From: a virus | Taxonomy: Duplodnaviria > Caudoviricetes | Reading direction: 5' to 3' (one strand) | Length of the DNA: 52,618 nt | IMG/VR virus record: IMGVR_UViG_3300026519_000002 | Location: 1 to 52,618 of that record | Part shown: positions 19,228 through 27,946 of the stretch, piece by piece | Layout of the letters: every line of letters starts with the position of its first letter | How positions within the stretch are numbered: the first letter of the stretch is position 1 | Notes under the pieces: generated by a model | Told to the model about the DNA's origin: nothing | What the model saw: the letters and a program-made list of their open reading frames with translations, nothing else | The model's database searches: none | Translations under genes and position numbers: made by a program

Positions 19228-20472
19228 CTAAGCCGCCATCAGGTACGCCAGCGGCGCCTCGGGCCCCACGAGGGTCCGGTCCTGCCACCGGATGGCGTCG
19301 CGCTCGTTGCCACCGATGCAGCGGACCACCTGCCGGTCGTCGAATCGGGTCGTGGCCGTCGTGATGTGGCCCTGTCCGGCCTGCCCCCCGAGCTCGACGG
19401 GGAGCGGACTCTGGCCGTTGCGGCCGTAGATCACCGCGTCGCCCGGCATGGGCCTGTAGCCGTCGCTGTGGAGCCGCAGCAACCCGCGGCCGTGGCTGTC
19501 CGCGCAGAGCTCCCGGACGCTCACACGCAGGCCGTGGGGCGGCGTGTCGCCGACGAGCAGCACCCGCAGCAGCAAGTACGACCGGAACGCGGCGCACCAG
19601 GCGTCCTCGTCTCGAGGTAGCGGCAGCGGCAGCCCGCCGATCCACCACGGCTGACCGTCATCGGTGAGCCCCCGGAATTCGCCGCCACGCCGGCAGTGGC
19701 GGCTGTACTCGAGGATGCGCGGGTTGTGACGAGCGCCTGGGATCTCTTTGACGTTGTGCCCGAATTCGAACCCCGCCATCTCCACCAGGCGTTGGCCGAT
19801 CGTCAGCGACTGCCACCACCCGACGTCCACCCAGGGCTCGACGGGGCCGCTTGGCGGCGCGGAGTCCGTCCGACCGCCCACGAGGAACGGGACGAGGTGA
19901 TCGCGGAGCACCTGCGGGCCGTGCTCGGTCAGCGCGCGGCCGTGCTGTTGCTTCATCGTCTCGCCCGGCTTGGGATCGCGATGGATGATGACCCCCTCGG
20001 CCTGCATCTGCCGGAGCGTTTCTGCCGTCTTGGTCGTGCTCGGATACGTGTAGGGGTCGACGTCGGTGTGCGTGACGATCAGGTGTCCTCCGTCGTCGGC
20101 GTACTTCTTCACGTGGCTCAGCTGCGCCGCCGAGCCATGCAGCCCGTCGAGGAACACGCAGGCGTCGATGGCGCTCCGATCGAGGGGGTGCGTCAGCAAC
20201 CCGTCGCGGGCGTACCAGCAGCCTGCCGAGTACCCCACGAAGGCGAGCTTGCTCACGCTGACCCCGGGTGCGTACTTGTCGAGCGTGGCGGGCAGCAGAC
20301 GACCATCGCCACGACGAAGGTTCGCGGCTTCGGTCTTGAACACGGACGAGAACCCGGCGATGGGGATGAGCTTGAGCACGAAGTCCCCGAGGGGACGCAG
20401 CGCCTCTTCGTACTTGGCGAGCGTGGCGCGGTCGGGCGCACCGGGCGTGGCGAACAGAACGAGCGTGGTCAT
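19228..20472 (-). CDS. Endolysin: alpha/beta-hydrolase domain + CHAP/NlpC-P60-like peptidase
   Basis: GYSAG elbow, FLDG and QHG; C-terminal HNPRILEY, AWCAAF, PGDAVI, GHI, GGN. Confidence 0.8.
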   Translation of the reverse strand: MTTLVLFATPGAPDRATLAKYEEALRPLGDFVLKLIPIAGFSSVFKTEAANLRRGDGRLLPATLDKYAPGVSVSKLAFVGYSAGCWYARDGLLTHPLDRSAIDACVFLDGLHGSAAQLSHVKKYADDGGHLIVTHTDVDPYTYPSTTKTAETLRQMQAEGVIIHRDPKPGETMKQQHGRALTEHGPQVLRDHLVPFLVGGRTDSAPPSGPVEPWVDVGWWQSLTIGQRLVEMAGFEFGHNVKEIPGARHNPRILEYSRHCRRGGEFRGLTDDGQPWWIGGLPLPLPRDEDAWCAAFRSYLLLRVLLVGDTPPHGLRVSVRELCADSHGRGLLRLHSDGYRPMPGDAVIYGRNGQSPLPVELGGQAGQGHITTATTRFDDRQVVRCIGGNERDAIRWQDRTLVGPEAPLAYLMAA

Positions 20473-21833
20473 GAGTCCTCCAAGGGCAGCTCGAATGTGA
20501 AGGCGGCGCCGCGTCCGGGGCCGTCGCTCTCGGCCCAGATCCGACCGCCGAGCTCGTCGGTGACCTGGCGGCAGAAGCTCAGCCCGAGCCCGTGCCCAGG
20601 CGTGCTGTCATGCGCCCGGAAACCCGCGTCGAAGAGGCGCTCGGACTGCTCGGGTTCGAATCCACGGCCATGGTCGCGCACCGTCACACGGACGCTGCCG
20701 ACCGACTCCGAGGCGGTCACGGTGATCCGCGGAGCCGTGCCGCCGTACTTGGCCGCGTTCGCGACGAGGTTGAGCAGGATGGTCCGTGCCGCCATCGGCA
20801 TCCGCACGTCGGCACCGGTCACGTGGACACTCGCGCCGTGCTTCTCGATGTGGTTGCGTTTGCTTACGAGCACGTCATCCATCAGCGCCGCGAGCGTCAC
20901 GAGCTCGCGCTTGCCGGTGAGGGATCCGTAGATCCGCTCGATCGCCACGACCTGGCGGTGGATGTGCTCGGCCGCCTCGGCGACGTCCGCAGCCGTCACC
21001 CCCGACGTCGGGTTGGAGGCCATGCGCGCCAGGTGCACGACGTGGTTGAGCGGCGAGCGAAGGTCGTGGCAAGTCTCACCCACGAACAGCGCCATTCGGC
21101 TGTTCACCGCCTCACGATGCTCGCGCTCCGCCTTCAGCTTGGACTCGGCCTGAATGACCCGACGCGTCCTCGCGTTGGTGAGCGCCATCGCCGCCGCGAA
21201 CGCCAACGAGAAGCCCACGATCACGGGCGACCCAGTGGCTACCGCCAGCGCCAGCCCGGTCGCCCCAAGACCGCCGGCCATTGCGAGCGATGCCGCTCGC
21301 TCCCCAAGGTTCGCACTCACCACCATTCCCCCTCCCACGAGGACGAAGGCCCCCGACGTGTGCACGGCCATGTCCGTCCACGGCCCCCACGAGTAGCTAG
21401 CGCTCGTGCCGCTCACGTACCCGAGGAGCGTCGTCCCTCCCGCCACCGCCACGAGCACCCCGGCCACAGCACGAACTCTCCGACCGGCGAGAAGGCCCGC
21501 GCTCAGAACGAACGAGCCGGCCGTGGCCGGAGACATCAGTCCGGGCCGGTAGGTCGCGGTGGTTGTCCAGGGCTCGAACAGCAGCGTAGCGGTCCCGGTG
21601 TCCACGCTTGCGTAGTCAAGGAGCGCCAAGATCCCGAGCGCCGCTGCCCCCAAGACCTCAACGCCCCGTCCCCGCCACAGCGCCGAGCCCGCAAGGCAAA
21701 ACCCGAGCGCCGTGTTGGGCTGCATCGGGGCCGCACCTGGGATCACCTGGACGAGCGGCGGCACCCGCAGCGCCCAGCCCACGAGCACCAGGGCGCCCAG
21801 CGCGAACACGACAGCCGCGGCGACACGGATCAC
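20469..21833 (-). CDS. Membrane sensor histidine kinase (454 aa)
   Basis: GTG 21833 (GTGA overlap). About 7-8 TM segments with MQPNTA/MSPATA/MAVHTS repeats; H-box CHDLRSPL, N-box NLVANAAKY, DHGRG, GHGLGLS, GGRIW. Confidence 0.92.
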   Translation of the reverse strand: MIRVAAAVVFALGALVLVGWALRVPPLVQVIPGAAPMQPNTALGFCLAGSALWRGRGVEVLGAAALGILALLDYASVDTGTATLLFEPWTTTATYRPGLMSPATAGSFVLSAGLLAGRRVRAVAGVLVAVAGGTTLLGYVSGTSASYSWGPWTDMAVHTSGAFVLVGGGMVVSANLGERAASLAMAGGLGATGLALAVATGSPVIVGFSLAFAAAMALTNARTRRVIQAESKLKAEREHREAVNSRMALFVGETCHDLRSPLNHVVHLARMASNPTSGVTAADVAEAAEHIHRQVVAIERIYGSLTGKRELVTLAALMDDVLVSKRNHIEKHGASVHVTGADVRMPMAARTILLNLVANAAKYGGTAPRITVTASESVGSVRVTVRDHGRGFEPEQSERLFDAGFRAHDSTPGHGLGLSFCRQVTDELGGRIWAESDGPGRGAAFTFELPLEDS

Positions 21834-22567
21834 AGGAACACCCTCAACACCTCGATGATGACGGAAACGATGGCACCGAGACTGACACCGCCGATGTAGA
21901 CCTTCCCTTTTTCCTTCAGAGGCAGGTCTGAGAACGTTGAGGCCAGTCGTACGATGTCGTTCCGATTCGTCGTCGTCACCGACTCTGTCTGGGTCTGCCG
22001 CTGCTCGATGCGGTCCAGGCGGTCCAGGATGACCGCGTTGTCTCGACGGCTGTTGGCCAGCGCGCGCATCATCGAGCCCTCGCCCGGCTGCTCGTCGGCC
22101 AGCGTGTCGAGCTGGTCCGCCTCGTCGCGAGCCGCGTCCGAGATCACCTTCGTGTCTCGCGTGGCCGACCGGCGCAGCGCCGCAAACTCCAGCGCCCGGC
22201 GGATGTGCGCGGGCTCGGTCCCGGGCTTCTTTACGAGGAAGTCGTCCGCGCCCCCGTCGCGCATGATCCCCAACCGCACGACGTCGTCGGCGCAGCCGGT
22301 GTAGACGACGATCGGCGTCCCCTCGGCAGCCGACTTTACCGCGTCGAACGTGTGTCGCCCGCGGCTGTCGCCGAGATCGAGGTCCTGCAGGACCACGTCG
22401 AAGGGGCGACCCTGGCGCTTGGCCTGGTCGAGCGCCGCTAGCGTGGACGCCAGCGAGAACGCCTCGACCACGTCGTGGTCGCCACGCAGATCGGCGCACG
22501 CGATCCGACGGTCGAAGTCCTGGTCGTCGCTGACCAGGATCCGCAGCTTGCCCGGGGCTCGGTACAT
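21830..22567 (-). CDS. Response-regulator receiver fused to coiled coil + C-terminal TM helix
   Basis: D14-D15, D62 (VLQDLDLGDS), T90 and K113 conserved; LDRLDRIEQRQ coiled coil; hydrophobic end VYIGGVSLGAIVSVIIEVLRVFL; strong RBS AAGGAGG. Confidence 0.9.
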   Translation of the reverse strand: MYRAPGKLRILVSDDQDFDRRIACADLRGDHDVVEAFSLASTLAALDQAKRQGRPFDVVLQDLDLGDSRGRHTFDAVKSAAEGTPIVVYTGCADDVVRLGIMRDGGADDFLVKKPGTEPAHIRRALEFAALRRSATRDTKVISDAARDEADQLDTLADEQPGEGSMMRALANSRRDNAVILDRLDRIEQRQTQTESVTTTNRNDIVRLASTFSDLPLKEKGKVYIGGVSLGAIVSVIIEVLRVFL

Positions 22568-22582
22568 CAGCCCTCCTTGTTG

Positions 22583-22849
22583 TCAGGCCGAACCATCAGC
22601 CTCGGGGAACTTGTCGTCGAGCGCTCCTTCCCAGCCTTTCTCAGCCCGCACCTGGGCGAGCAGCTCAGGCGACCGACGAAGGCGCGCGATCGTCCCCTGC
22701 GCGTCGGCACCGTCGCGGATCAGGTCGGCAGCCAAGCCCAGCGCCTCGCCGACGATGGGCCCCACCCCCTTGGCGCCAGGAATGGCCTCGAGCAGCGTGC
22801 CCACCGGGGACGCCATGTGCTCGAGCACGTCGGCGAGCGTCACGGACAT
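22583..22849 (-). CDS. Small amphipathic protein in the lysis cassette (88 aa)
   Basis: ATG 22849 with GGAGGTGG RBS; overlaps the lipoprotein 3' end. Confidence 0.55.
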   Translation of the reverse strand: MSVTLADVLEHMASPVGTLLEAIPGAKGVGPIVGEALGLAADLIRDGADAQGTIARLRRSPELLAQVRAEKGWEGALDDKFPEADGSA

Positions 22850-23265
22850 GGCACCACCTCCGGGAGCGCGGGGAGCTTTTTGGAAAGTCCGAGCTCGACG
22901 GCGACGTCCTCGAGCTCGCACCAGGCGGCGACGAACGCCGCGGCGCTCGCCGGGTCGCTCACCCCCTGCTCGAGCGCCGTCGCCCAGGCGTTATGGGCGG
23001 CGCCCAACGCGTCGACAGCGGCCCAAACCGGGCGCCACCGGGTGCGGTGAGCCTCGAGCAGCGCGACCGCCTCCTGACGGCTCTTGGCGCGCTCGATGAG
23101 CAGCTCCCCCTGTCGGGCGTAGGTCTCCGCGAGCTGGACGAGCACGGGGTTGGTGGCCACGGCGATGGTGTTGGCCACCTGCGCCTGCGCCCGCGCCTGC
23201 ACCTGCGTGGACGACGGGGGGCACCCCAGCGCCACGAGCGCCAGCACGATCACCAGCCACCTCAC
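22840..23265 (-). CDS. Helical lipoprotein, spanin candidate (141 aa)
   Basis: MRWLVIVLALVALGC lipobox; GTGA-coupled; lysis cassette position. Confidence 0.6.
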   Translation of the reverse strand: MRWLVIVLALVALGCPPSSTQVQARAQAQVANTIAVATNPVLVQLAETYARQGELLIERAKSRQEAVALLEAHRTRWRPVWAAVDALGAAHNAWATALEQGVSDPASAAAFVAAWCELEDVAVELGLSKKLPALPEVVPCP

Positions 23266-23405
23266 AGCGCCGCCCTCACGGCGCAGTCCTTGGGCTCGGG
23301 TAGGTGGCCGTAGACGAAGTACTCGAGCACGGCCAGCGTGCTCGGGTGCAGCGACTCTGCCAGCTCGGCGGGCGGCCAAACGACGCTTGCTTCGGCGTAG
23401 GTCAC
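23262..23405 (-). CDS. 47-aa ORF (MTYAEA...LEYFVYGHLPEPKDCAVRAAL), possibly internally deleted
   Basis: Not in the ORF track; GTGA-coupled at both ends. Confidence 0.55.
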   Translation of the reverse strand: MTYAEASVVWPPAELAESLHPSTLAVLEYFVYGHLPEPKDCAVRAAL

Positions 23406-23596
23406 TTCGCCGGGGCCTTCGGGGGAAGCGGCGTGACCGCCTGCCGCGTGACGATCGCCAGGACGAACGCGGTCACCGCGAGAATGGCGCCCATCTGCTC
23501 CTCGGTGATGTGCAGGCCGAAGGACAGAACGAGGGCGAGGACAGCCTGGACGAGGCCGAGCAGGACCGCCGGCTCACGCTTGATGAATTCGAGCAT
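23402..23596 (-). CDS. Holin-like protein (64 aa, 2 TM)
   Basis: REP N-terminus, two hydrophobic helices, basic tail RQAVTP...K; first gene of the lysis operon. Confidence 0.75.
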   Translation of the reverse strand: MLEFIKREPAVLLGLVQAVLALVLSFGLHITEEQMGAILAVTAFVLAIVTRQAVTPLPPKAPAK

Positions 23597-23625
23597 GCCG
23601 GGAAGTTGGCACCTTCCCTTGCTGC

Positions 23626-23667
23626 CCCGGCGTTACGGCCCTCCCGTACCGACCCGGCGTTACGGCC
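23626..23667. repeat. 15-bp direct repeat pair CCCGGCGTTACGGCC in a divergent intergenic region
   Basis: Exact copies at 23626-23640 and 23653-23667. Confidence 0.8.
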
Positions 23668-23702
23668 GGTTGGGGTGGCCGGCGGGTCAAGCTAGCCGCG
23701 AC

Positions 23703-24107
23703 ATGGCCAACATCCTCTACGACAACTTCCTCGAGCAGGTGCTCCAGGGCAACGTCGACCTCCTGACGGTCAACATCAAGGCGGTCCTCGTCGACCTGGC
23801 GGACTACACCCCCAACGCGTCGACCCACGGGAACCTGGCCGATATCCCGGCCGCGGCTCGGGTCGCCACGAGCGGCAACCTCACCGGCAAGACGGTGACC
23901 AACGGCACCTTCGACTCCGATCCTCCCGTGCTGCCGAGCGTAACCGGTGACCAATCCGAAGCTGTGGTGCTCTACGTCGACACAGGGGTCGGAGCGACAT
24001 CGACGCTCATCGGCCTGTGGGACACGGCGAGCGCGGGGCTGCCGGTGACCCCGGACGGCAACAACATCAACGTGAACCCGAACGCGGCCGGCTGGTTCTC
24101 GCTCTAG
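23703..24107 (+). CDS. Putative virion structural protein (134 aa)
   Basis: Start ATG 23703. MANILYD...IKAVLVD...GLPVTPDGNNI...GWFSL resembles small phage appendage/fibre-associated proteins. Confidence 0.6.
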   Translation: MANILYDNFLEQVLQGNVDLLTVNIKAVLVDLADYTPNASTHGNLADIPAAARVATSGNLTGKTVTNGTFDSDPPVLPSVTGDQSEAVVLYVDTGVGATSTLIGLWDTASAGLPVTPDGNNINVNPNAAGWFSL

Positions 24108-24123
24108 CCTGTGAGGCCCGGTC

Positions 24124-26772
24124 GTGGCCTACGCCGACTTCAACGGGATCACAGGTCTCGTCAGGGCTTGCCTGACGAGCGACGGGGGACCCTCGCCACG
24201 TGCTTCCGCCGACGGCACGGCCTGCACGGGGTGGCCCGATTCGACAGGCACCAGCGACGCGACGCTGGCCGGTACCGCCCCCGAGATCAACACCAACCCC
24301 ACCGGGGGGCTGCAGGGGCCGTGTGCGCTCCACGTCGCGGAGAACGGCTTCGGCTTCGCTGGCGTCGTCAATGGACTCACCAACTGGACGATCGCAACCT
24401 GCCTGCGTGCCGACTCGCTGAGCAGCTTCCGAAACATCTTCTCAAGCCAAGGCGGCTCGGGTGAGGGGTCGCTCTACGCCAATGCCGGGGCGCTGACCTA
24501 CGAGGAAGGCTCGACAGAAACGCTCGGGTTCACGCTTTCGACCGGCACCGTCTACACCATCATCTTCACCGCCGACGCGAGCAACTACCGCTGCTACGTC
24601 GACGGCACGCTGGTTTGGACCTCCACCATGACGCCAGCGGATCAGCCGGCGGCGCTCGAAACAGCGGCCTATGGGGGTTCGGGCGCGGTGTGGTCAGGCG
24701 ACTGGTGGGCGATCGCCATCTACGCCACCACCGTCTCGGGTGGGGACATCGCAACGCTCCACGCCGCCCTGCTCGAGGAGGCCAACGGCGCGGCGGCCGA
24801 GCAGGACATCGACCTGACCACGATCGCGTCGGGACACACCGTCCACGACCTGGCCTCGGTCACCAGCGGGTCGGAGCAGACCATCAACCTCACCACCATC
24901 GCCAGCGGTCACACCCTGCCGGCGTTGGCCAGCGTCGCGGCTCAGCCCGAGCAGGACATCGACCTAGCCGCGATCCCGTCGGGGCACGTGGTGCGAGACC
25001 TGGCTTCTGTCACCCTCGTCGGCGCGCTGCACGACGCCTTCGAAGGGTCGGGGACACTGGACGGCTACACAACCGTGAACGCGTCGGACCTGCCCAACGT
25101 CACCGAGGCCAATGGCCGTTACCTCGCCGAGCTCGCCGACAACACCGCTGACGTTACGACCTGGTTCAACAGCGACGCCGGACGCGGCGACTTCAAGGCC
25201 ACCGAGTTCCCTTTCGAGATCATCGTCCGCAACATCGGGATCGGCGTCTCGGCCGCCGACACCCAGGGGACCCCCACGCTGTTGGGGAACCCCTACAACT
25301 TCTGCGGCATGCAGGTGAACGCGGACTTGGGCAGCCCCGAGCAGGACTACCGGCACTTCGTGGTGGGGTACCGAGGGGCTACCGGGTTCGGGGGCTCGGA
25401 ACGCACCATCGAGGCCAAGACGAACGCCAGTGGCTCATCGAGTGTCAACGACGTCGGCACCAACGCGATCACGGGAACGCGCGCCGACTTCCGGATCGTC
25501 GGCAGCGCCGGCAAGGCCATCACCTTCCAATGGCAGGAGCCCAACCAGCTCGGCCCTGGCGGCCAGCCTGACCCAGCACAGGACAGCTGGAGCTCGGCCC
25601 ACGCCTTCCCCGGGAGCGAGCCCGCCTGGCCCGACACCGTCTACGTGGGGCTCGTCACCTACGCCTTCGGGACCGACGGGGTCCCCTTCGTCGGGACCGC
25701 CGACGCCATCGAGGACATCCTCAGCGCGCAGAACGTCGACCTCGGTGCCGTCGCCAGCGGTCACCAGGTGCACGATCTCGAGAGCGTCACCATCAAGGGC
25801 AGCGACCAAGACATCGACCTCACTACCATCGCCTCGGGCCACGTCGTGCACGATCTCGCCAGCGTCGTCAGCGGCCCCGCCAACGACGTCGACCTGGGTG
25901 CGCTCGGACCGACCGTCACCGTGCACGCTCTCACGAGCGTCGGCTCCGGGCCGGCGCTCGAGGTAGACCTGGGCGCGCTGCCCTCGGGGACCGTGGTGCA
26001 CGACCTCGCCAGCGTGGACGTGGTGTCGGGGCAGACCATCTCGCTCACCACCATCGTGAGCGGCCACCAGATTCACGAACTGGCGAGCGTGGCGGCCCAG
26101 GCTGCGCAGGACGTCGACCTCACCGCCATCGCCAGCGGCCGGACCGTGCATGACCTGGCGAGCCTCACAATGGACCCCGATCTCGACGTCGACCTCACCG
26201 CGATTCCGAGCGGGCGCGTCGTTCACGATCTCGACAGCGTCGCGACGGTCCAGAGCATCACGCTGCAGGGCCGCGCCTCAACGCTGACCGTTCACGACCT
26301 CGCCTCGCTGACCGTCCAGGCCGAGCTCGACGTGGACCTAGCCACGATCGCGTCAGGGCACGTGGTGCACGACCTCGCCAGCGTGGTCATTTTGCAGCTC
26401 GCCGCGTCGACCACCATCACGGCTTACAGCCGCCCTGCTACGCTGATCGACATCGAGGAGGATCCCGTGCCCCACACCGCAGGCGACCGCGTTGAGACCA
26501 CCATCCGCTTCCGCGTAGGAGGCGTGCTGACCGCCCCGGACTCGTGGTCGATTCACGTGAAACCTCGACGGGGCGCCGCCTTTGAGGTGCCATCCGGGGA
26601 CGCCTCCATCTCCGAGGTGCAACCGGGCGAGTACGTGTGGTCGCAGCAGACGAGCCACGACGACGCCACCCACGTCGGGCGCTGGGACTACACCGTCGAC
26701 AGCGACGGCAGCGTGGCCCCTGGGGCGCGCAATGGGTTCTTCGAAGTGCGGCGGGCGGCGGTGGTGGCCTAA
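24124..26772 (+). CDS. Repeat-containing fibre/adhesin: lectin(LamG)-like domains, 12 x ~25-aa repeats, C-terminal Ig-like domain
   Basis: YVDG-containing beta-rich N-terminus; repeats DxDLxxIxSGHxVHDLASV; beta-sandwich C-terminus. Confidence 0.7.
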   Translation: MAYADFNGITGLVRACLTSDGGPSPRASADGTACTGWPDSTGTSDATLAGTAPEINTNPTGGLQGPCALHVAENGFGFAGVVNGLTNWTIATCLRADSLSSFRNIFSSQGGSGEGSLYANAGALTYEEGSTETLGFTLSTGTVYTIIFTADASNYRCYVDGTLVWTSTMTPADQPAALETAAYGGSGAVWSGDWWAIAIYATTVSGGDIATLHAALLEEANGAAAEQDIDLTTIASGHTVHDLASVTSGSEQTINLTTIASGHTLPALASVAAQPEQDIDLAAIPSGHVVRDLASVTLVGALHDAFEGSGTLDGYTTVNASDLPNVTEANGRYLAELADNTADVTTWFNSDAGRGDFKATEFPFEIIVRNIGIGVSAADTQGTPTLLGNPYNFCGMQVNADLGSPEQDYRHFVVGYRGATGFGGSERTIEAKTNASGSSSVNDVGTNAITGTRADFRIVGSAGKAITFQWQEPNQLGPGGQPDPAQDSWSSAHAFPGSEPAWPDTVYVGLVTYAFGTDGVPFVGTADAIEDILSAQNVDLGAVASGHQVHDLESVTIKGSDQDIDLTTIASGHVVHDLASVVSGPANDVDLGALGPTVTVHALTSVGSGPALEVDLGALPSGTVVHDLASVDVVSGQTISLTTIVSGHQIHELASVAAQAAQDVDLTAIASGRTVHDLASLTMDPDLDVDLTAIPSGRVVHDLDSVATVQSITLQGRASTLTVHDLASLTVQAELDVDLATIASGHVVHDLASVVILQLAASTTITAYSRPATLIDIEEDPVPHTAGDRVETTIRFRVGGVLTAPDSWSIHVKPRRGAAFEVPSGDASISEVQPGEYVWSQQTSHDDATHVGRWDYTVDSDGSVAPGARNGFFEVRRAAVVA

Positions 26773-27563
26773 TAGACGAGCGGCCTGGCGTAGACCTCGA
26801 CCATGACGTGGACGTCGCTCGTCTGGGGCGGGTTCATGTTGGGGATCCGGATATCTCCCCCCGGCGAAACCTGAAAGGTCGTCGTGTAGGACCCGTTCCC
26901 GGCGTAGTTTCCCGAGTTGATGCTTACTCGGTGGGTGAGCGTCCCGGAGCGCTTCTCCCAGAACGACATGTGGCGCCCCAGCGTCACGTTGCCCGTCGTC
27001 TGGTTCTCGGACTGGATGCGCGTGACAACCTCGAACGAGTGATCGTCAGGAAGAACGACTTCATCGAGGTCGAGGTTCGTTAGGCCCAGGATGTTGAGGA
27101 AGGTCTGCTGCTGAAACGTCGTGTGAGGTGCGCCGCCGCCCAGGTCAACGAGCTCGTTGTGAGCGGTACTCCATCCGTAGGTGCCGCTGTACTGGGTCGA
27201 CTCGGCAGGGCAAATCTTGCGCTTGCCGTCGGCGCGAATGACCACCGCGCGTTCCTTGGTCCAGGCCGCGACCTTCTCGGCGCTCGCGTCGATCCCGTCG
27301 TTCACCTGGCAGCGAACGATCCATGCGTGAGCACCATCGGCCGGCATGGTGGTTTGCACCACACCACCCGGCGTCACCGGTTGCCCGTCGGCGGGGCTGA
27401 ACACGAGGTCGGGTGCGCCCTCACTCTTCTGCACCTGCGAGAAGACAACCTTGCGCGCCGTCGGTTCGCCCTCGAGCTGCAGGTCGAGCACCTGGTTGTG
27501 CGCGGCGTCGTAGCCGAGGTTGGCGAAAGCGTCCCCGTCGATGCTGAATTCCGCGCCGCTCAC
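26769..27563 (-). CDS. Tail/baseplate-associated hypothetical protein
   Basis: End of the tail gene run; beta-rich. Confidence 0.55.
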   Translation of the reverse strand: MSGAEFSIDGDAFANLGYDAAHNQVLDLQLEGEPTARKVVFSQVQKSEGAPDLVFSPADGQPVTPGGVVQTTMPADGAHAWIVRCQVNDGIDASAEKVAAWTKERAVVIRADGKRKICPAESTQYSGTYGWSTAHNELVDLGGGAPHTTFQQQTFLNILGLTNLDLDEVVLPDDHSFEVVTRIQSENQTTGNVTLGRHMSFWEKRSGTLTHRVSINSGNYAGNGSYTTTFQVSPGGDIRIPNMNPPQTSDVHVMVEVYARPLVY

Positions 27564-27604
27564 GGGGGTACCGTAGCGAGCCCCCTGCGGGGGCAGCGTC
27601 TACG

Positions 27605-27943
27605 TCAGGTGAGCTGGTCCCCAGCAGCGGTAAACGCGTAGCGTCCCCACCATTTGTTGTGGGCCACCTCGCGCAACGTGACGAGCCACCGCCCGCCCTC
27701 GTCGGGGAAGATGCTCAGCTCGGTGGGCGCAAAGAAACGGTGCAGCGTCCGCTGCGTGTCGGACGGCGAGGTGACGATGACCTCGAGCGGCAGCATGACC
27801 CCCTCGGGCTCGCAGAGCGCGTAGTCCACGACCAGCACGTAGACGTCGAAGGCGCGCGGCATCGCGTCCGGATCCGCCGGCCGCAGCGCGATCCGTTCGG
27901 CGCCGACGGTCAGCGGGCTCAGCTCATCGATCAGGCCTGCCAT
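27605..27943 (-). CDS. Hypothetical tail-region protein
   Basis: Co-oriented, tight spacing. Confidence 0.55.
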   Translation of the reverse strand: MAGLIDELSPLTVGAERIALRPADPDAMPRAFDVYVLVVDYALCEPEGVMLPLEVIVTSPSDTQRTLHRFFAPTELSIFPDEGGRWLVTLREVAHNKWWGRYAFTAAGDQLT

Positions 27944-27946
27944 CGG

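Noticed and set aside
20469-22499. 676-aa version of the histidine kinase
   Set aside because: The extension is an Arg-rich alternate frame overlapping the REC gene; GTG 21833 is coupled to the REC stop.
24799-26397. CRISPR array or DGR template/variable repeats
   Set aside because: Repeats are degenerate, in-frame protein repeats; no cas operon or reverse transcriptase, and no adenine-specific variation was noted.
27580-27594. GCCCCC-TGC-GGGGGC hairpin as a terminator
   Set aside because: 3-nt loop and no U-tract; likely by chance at this GC.
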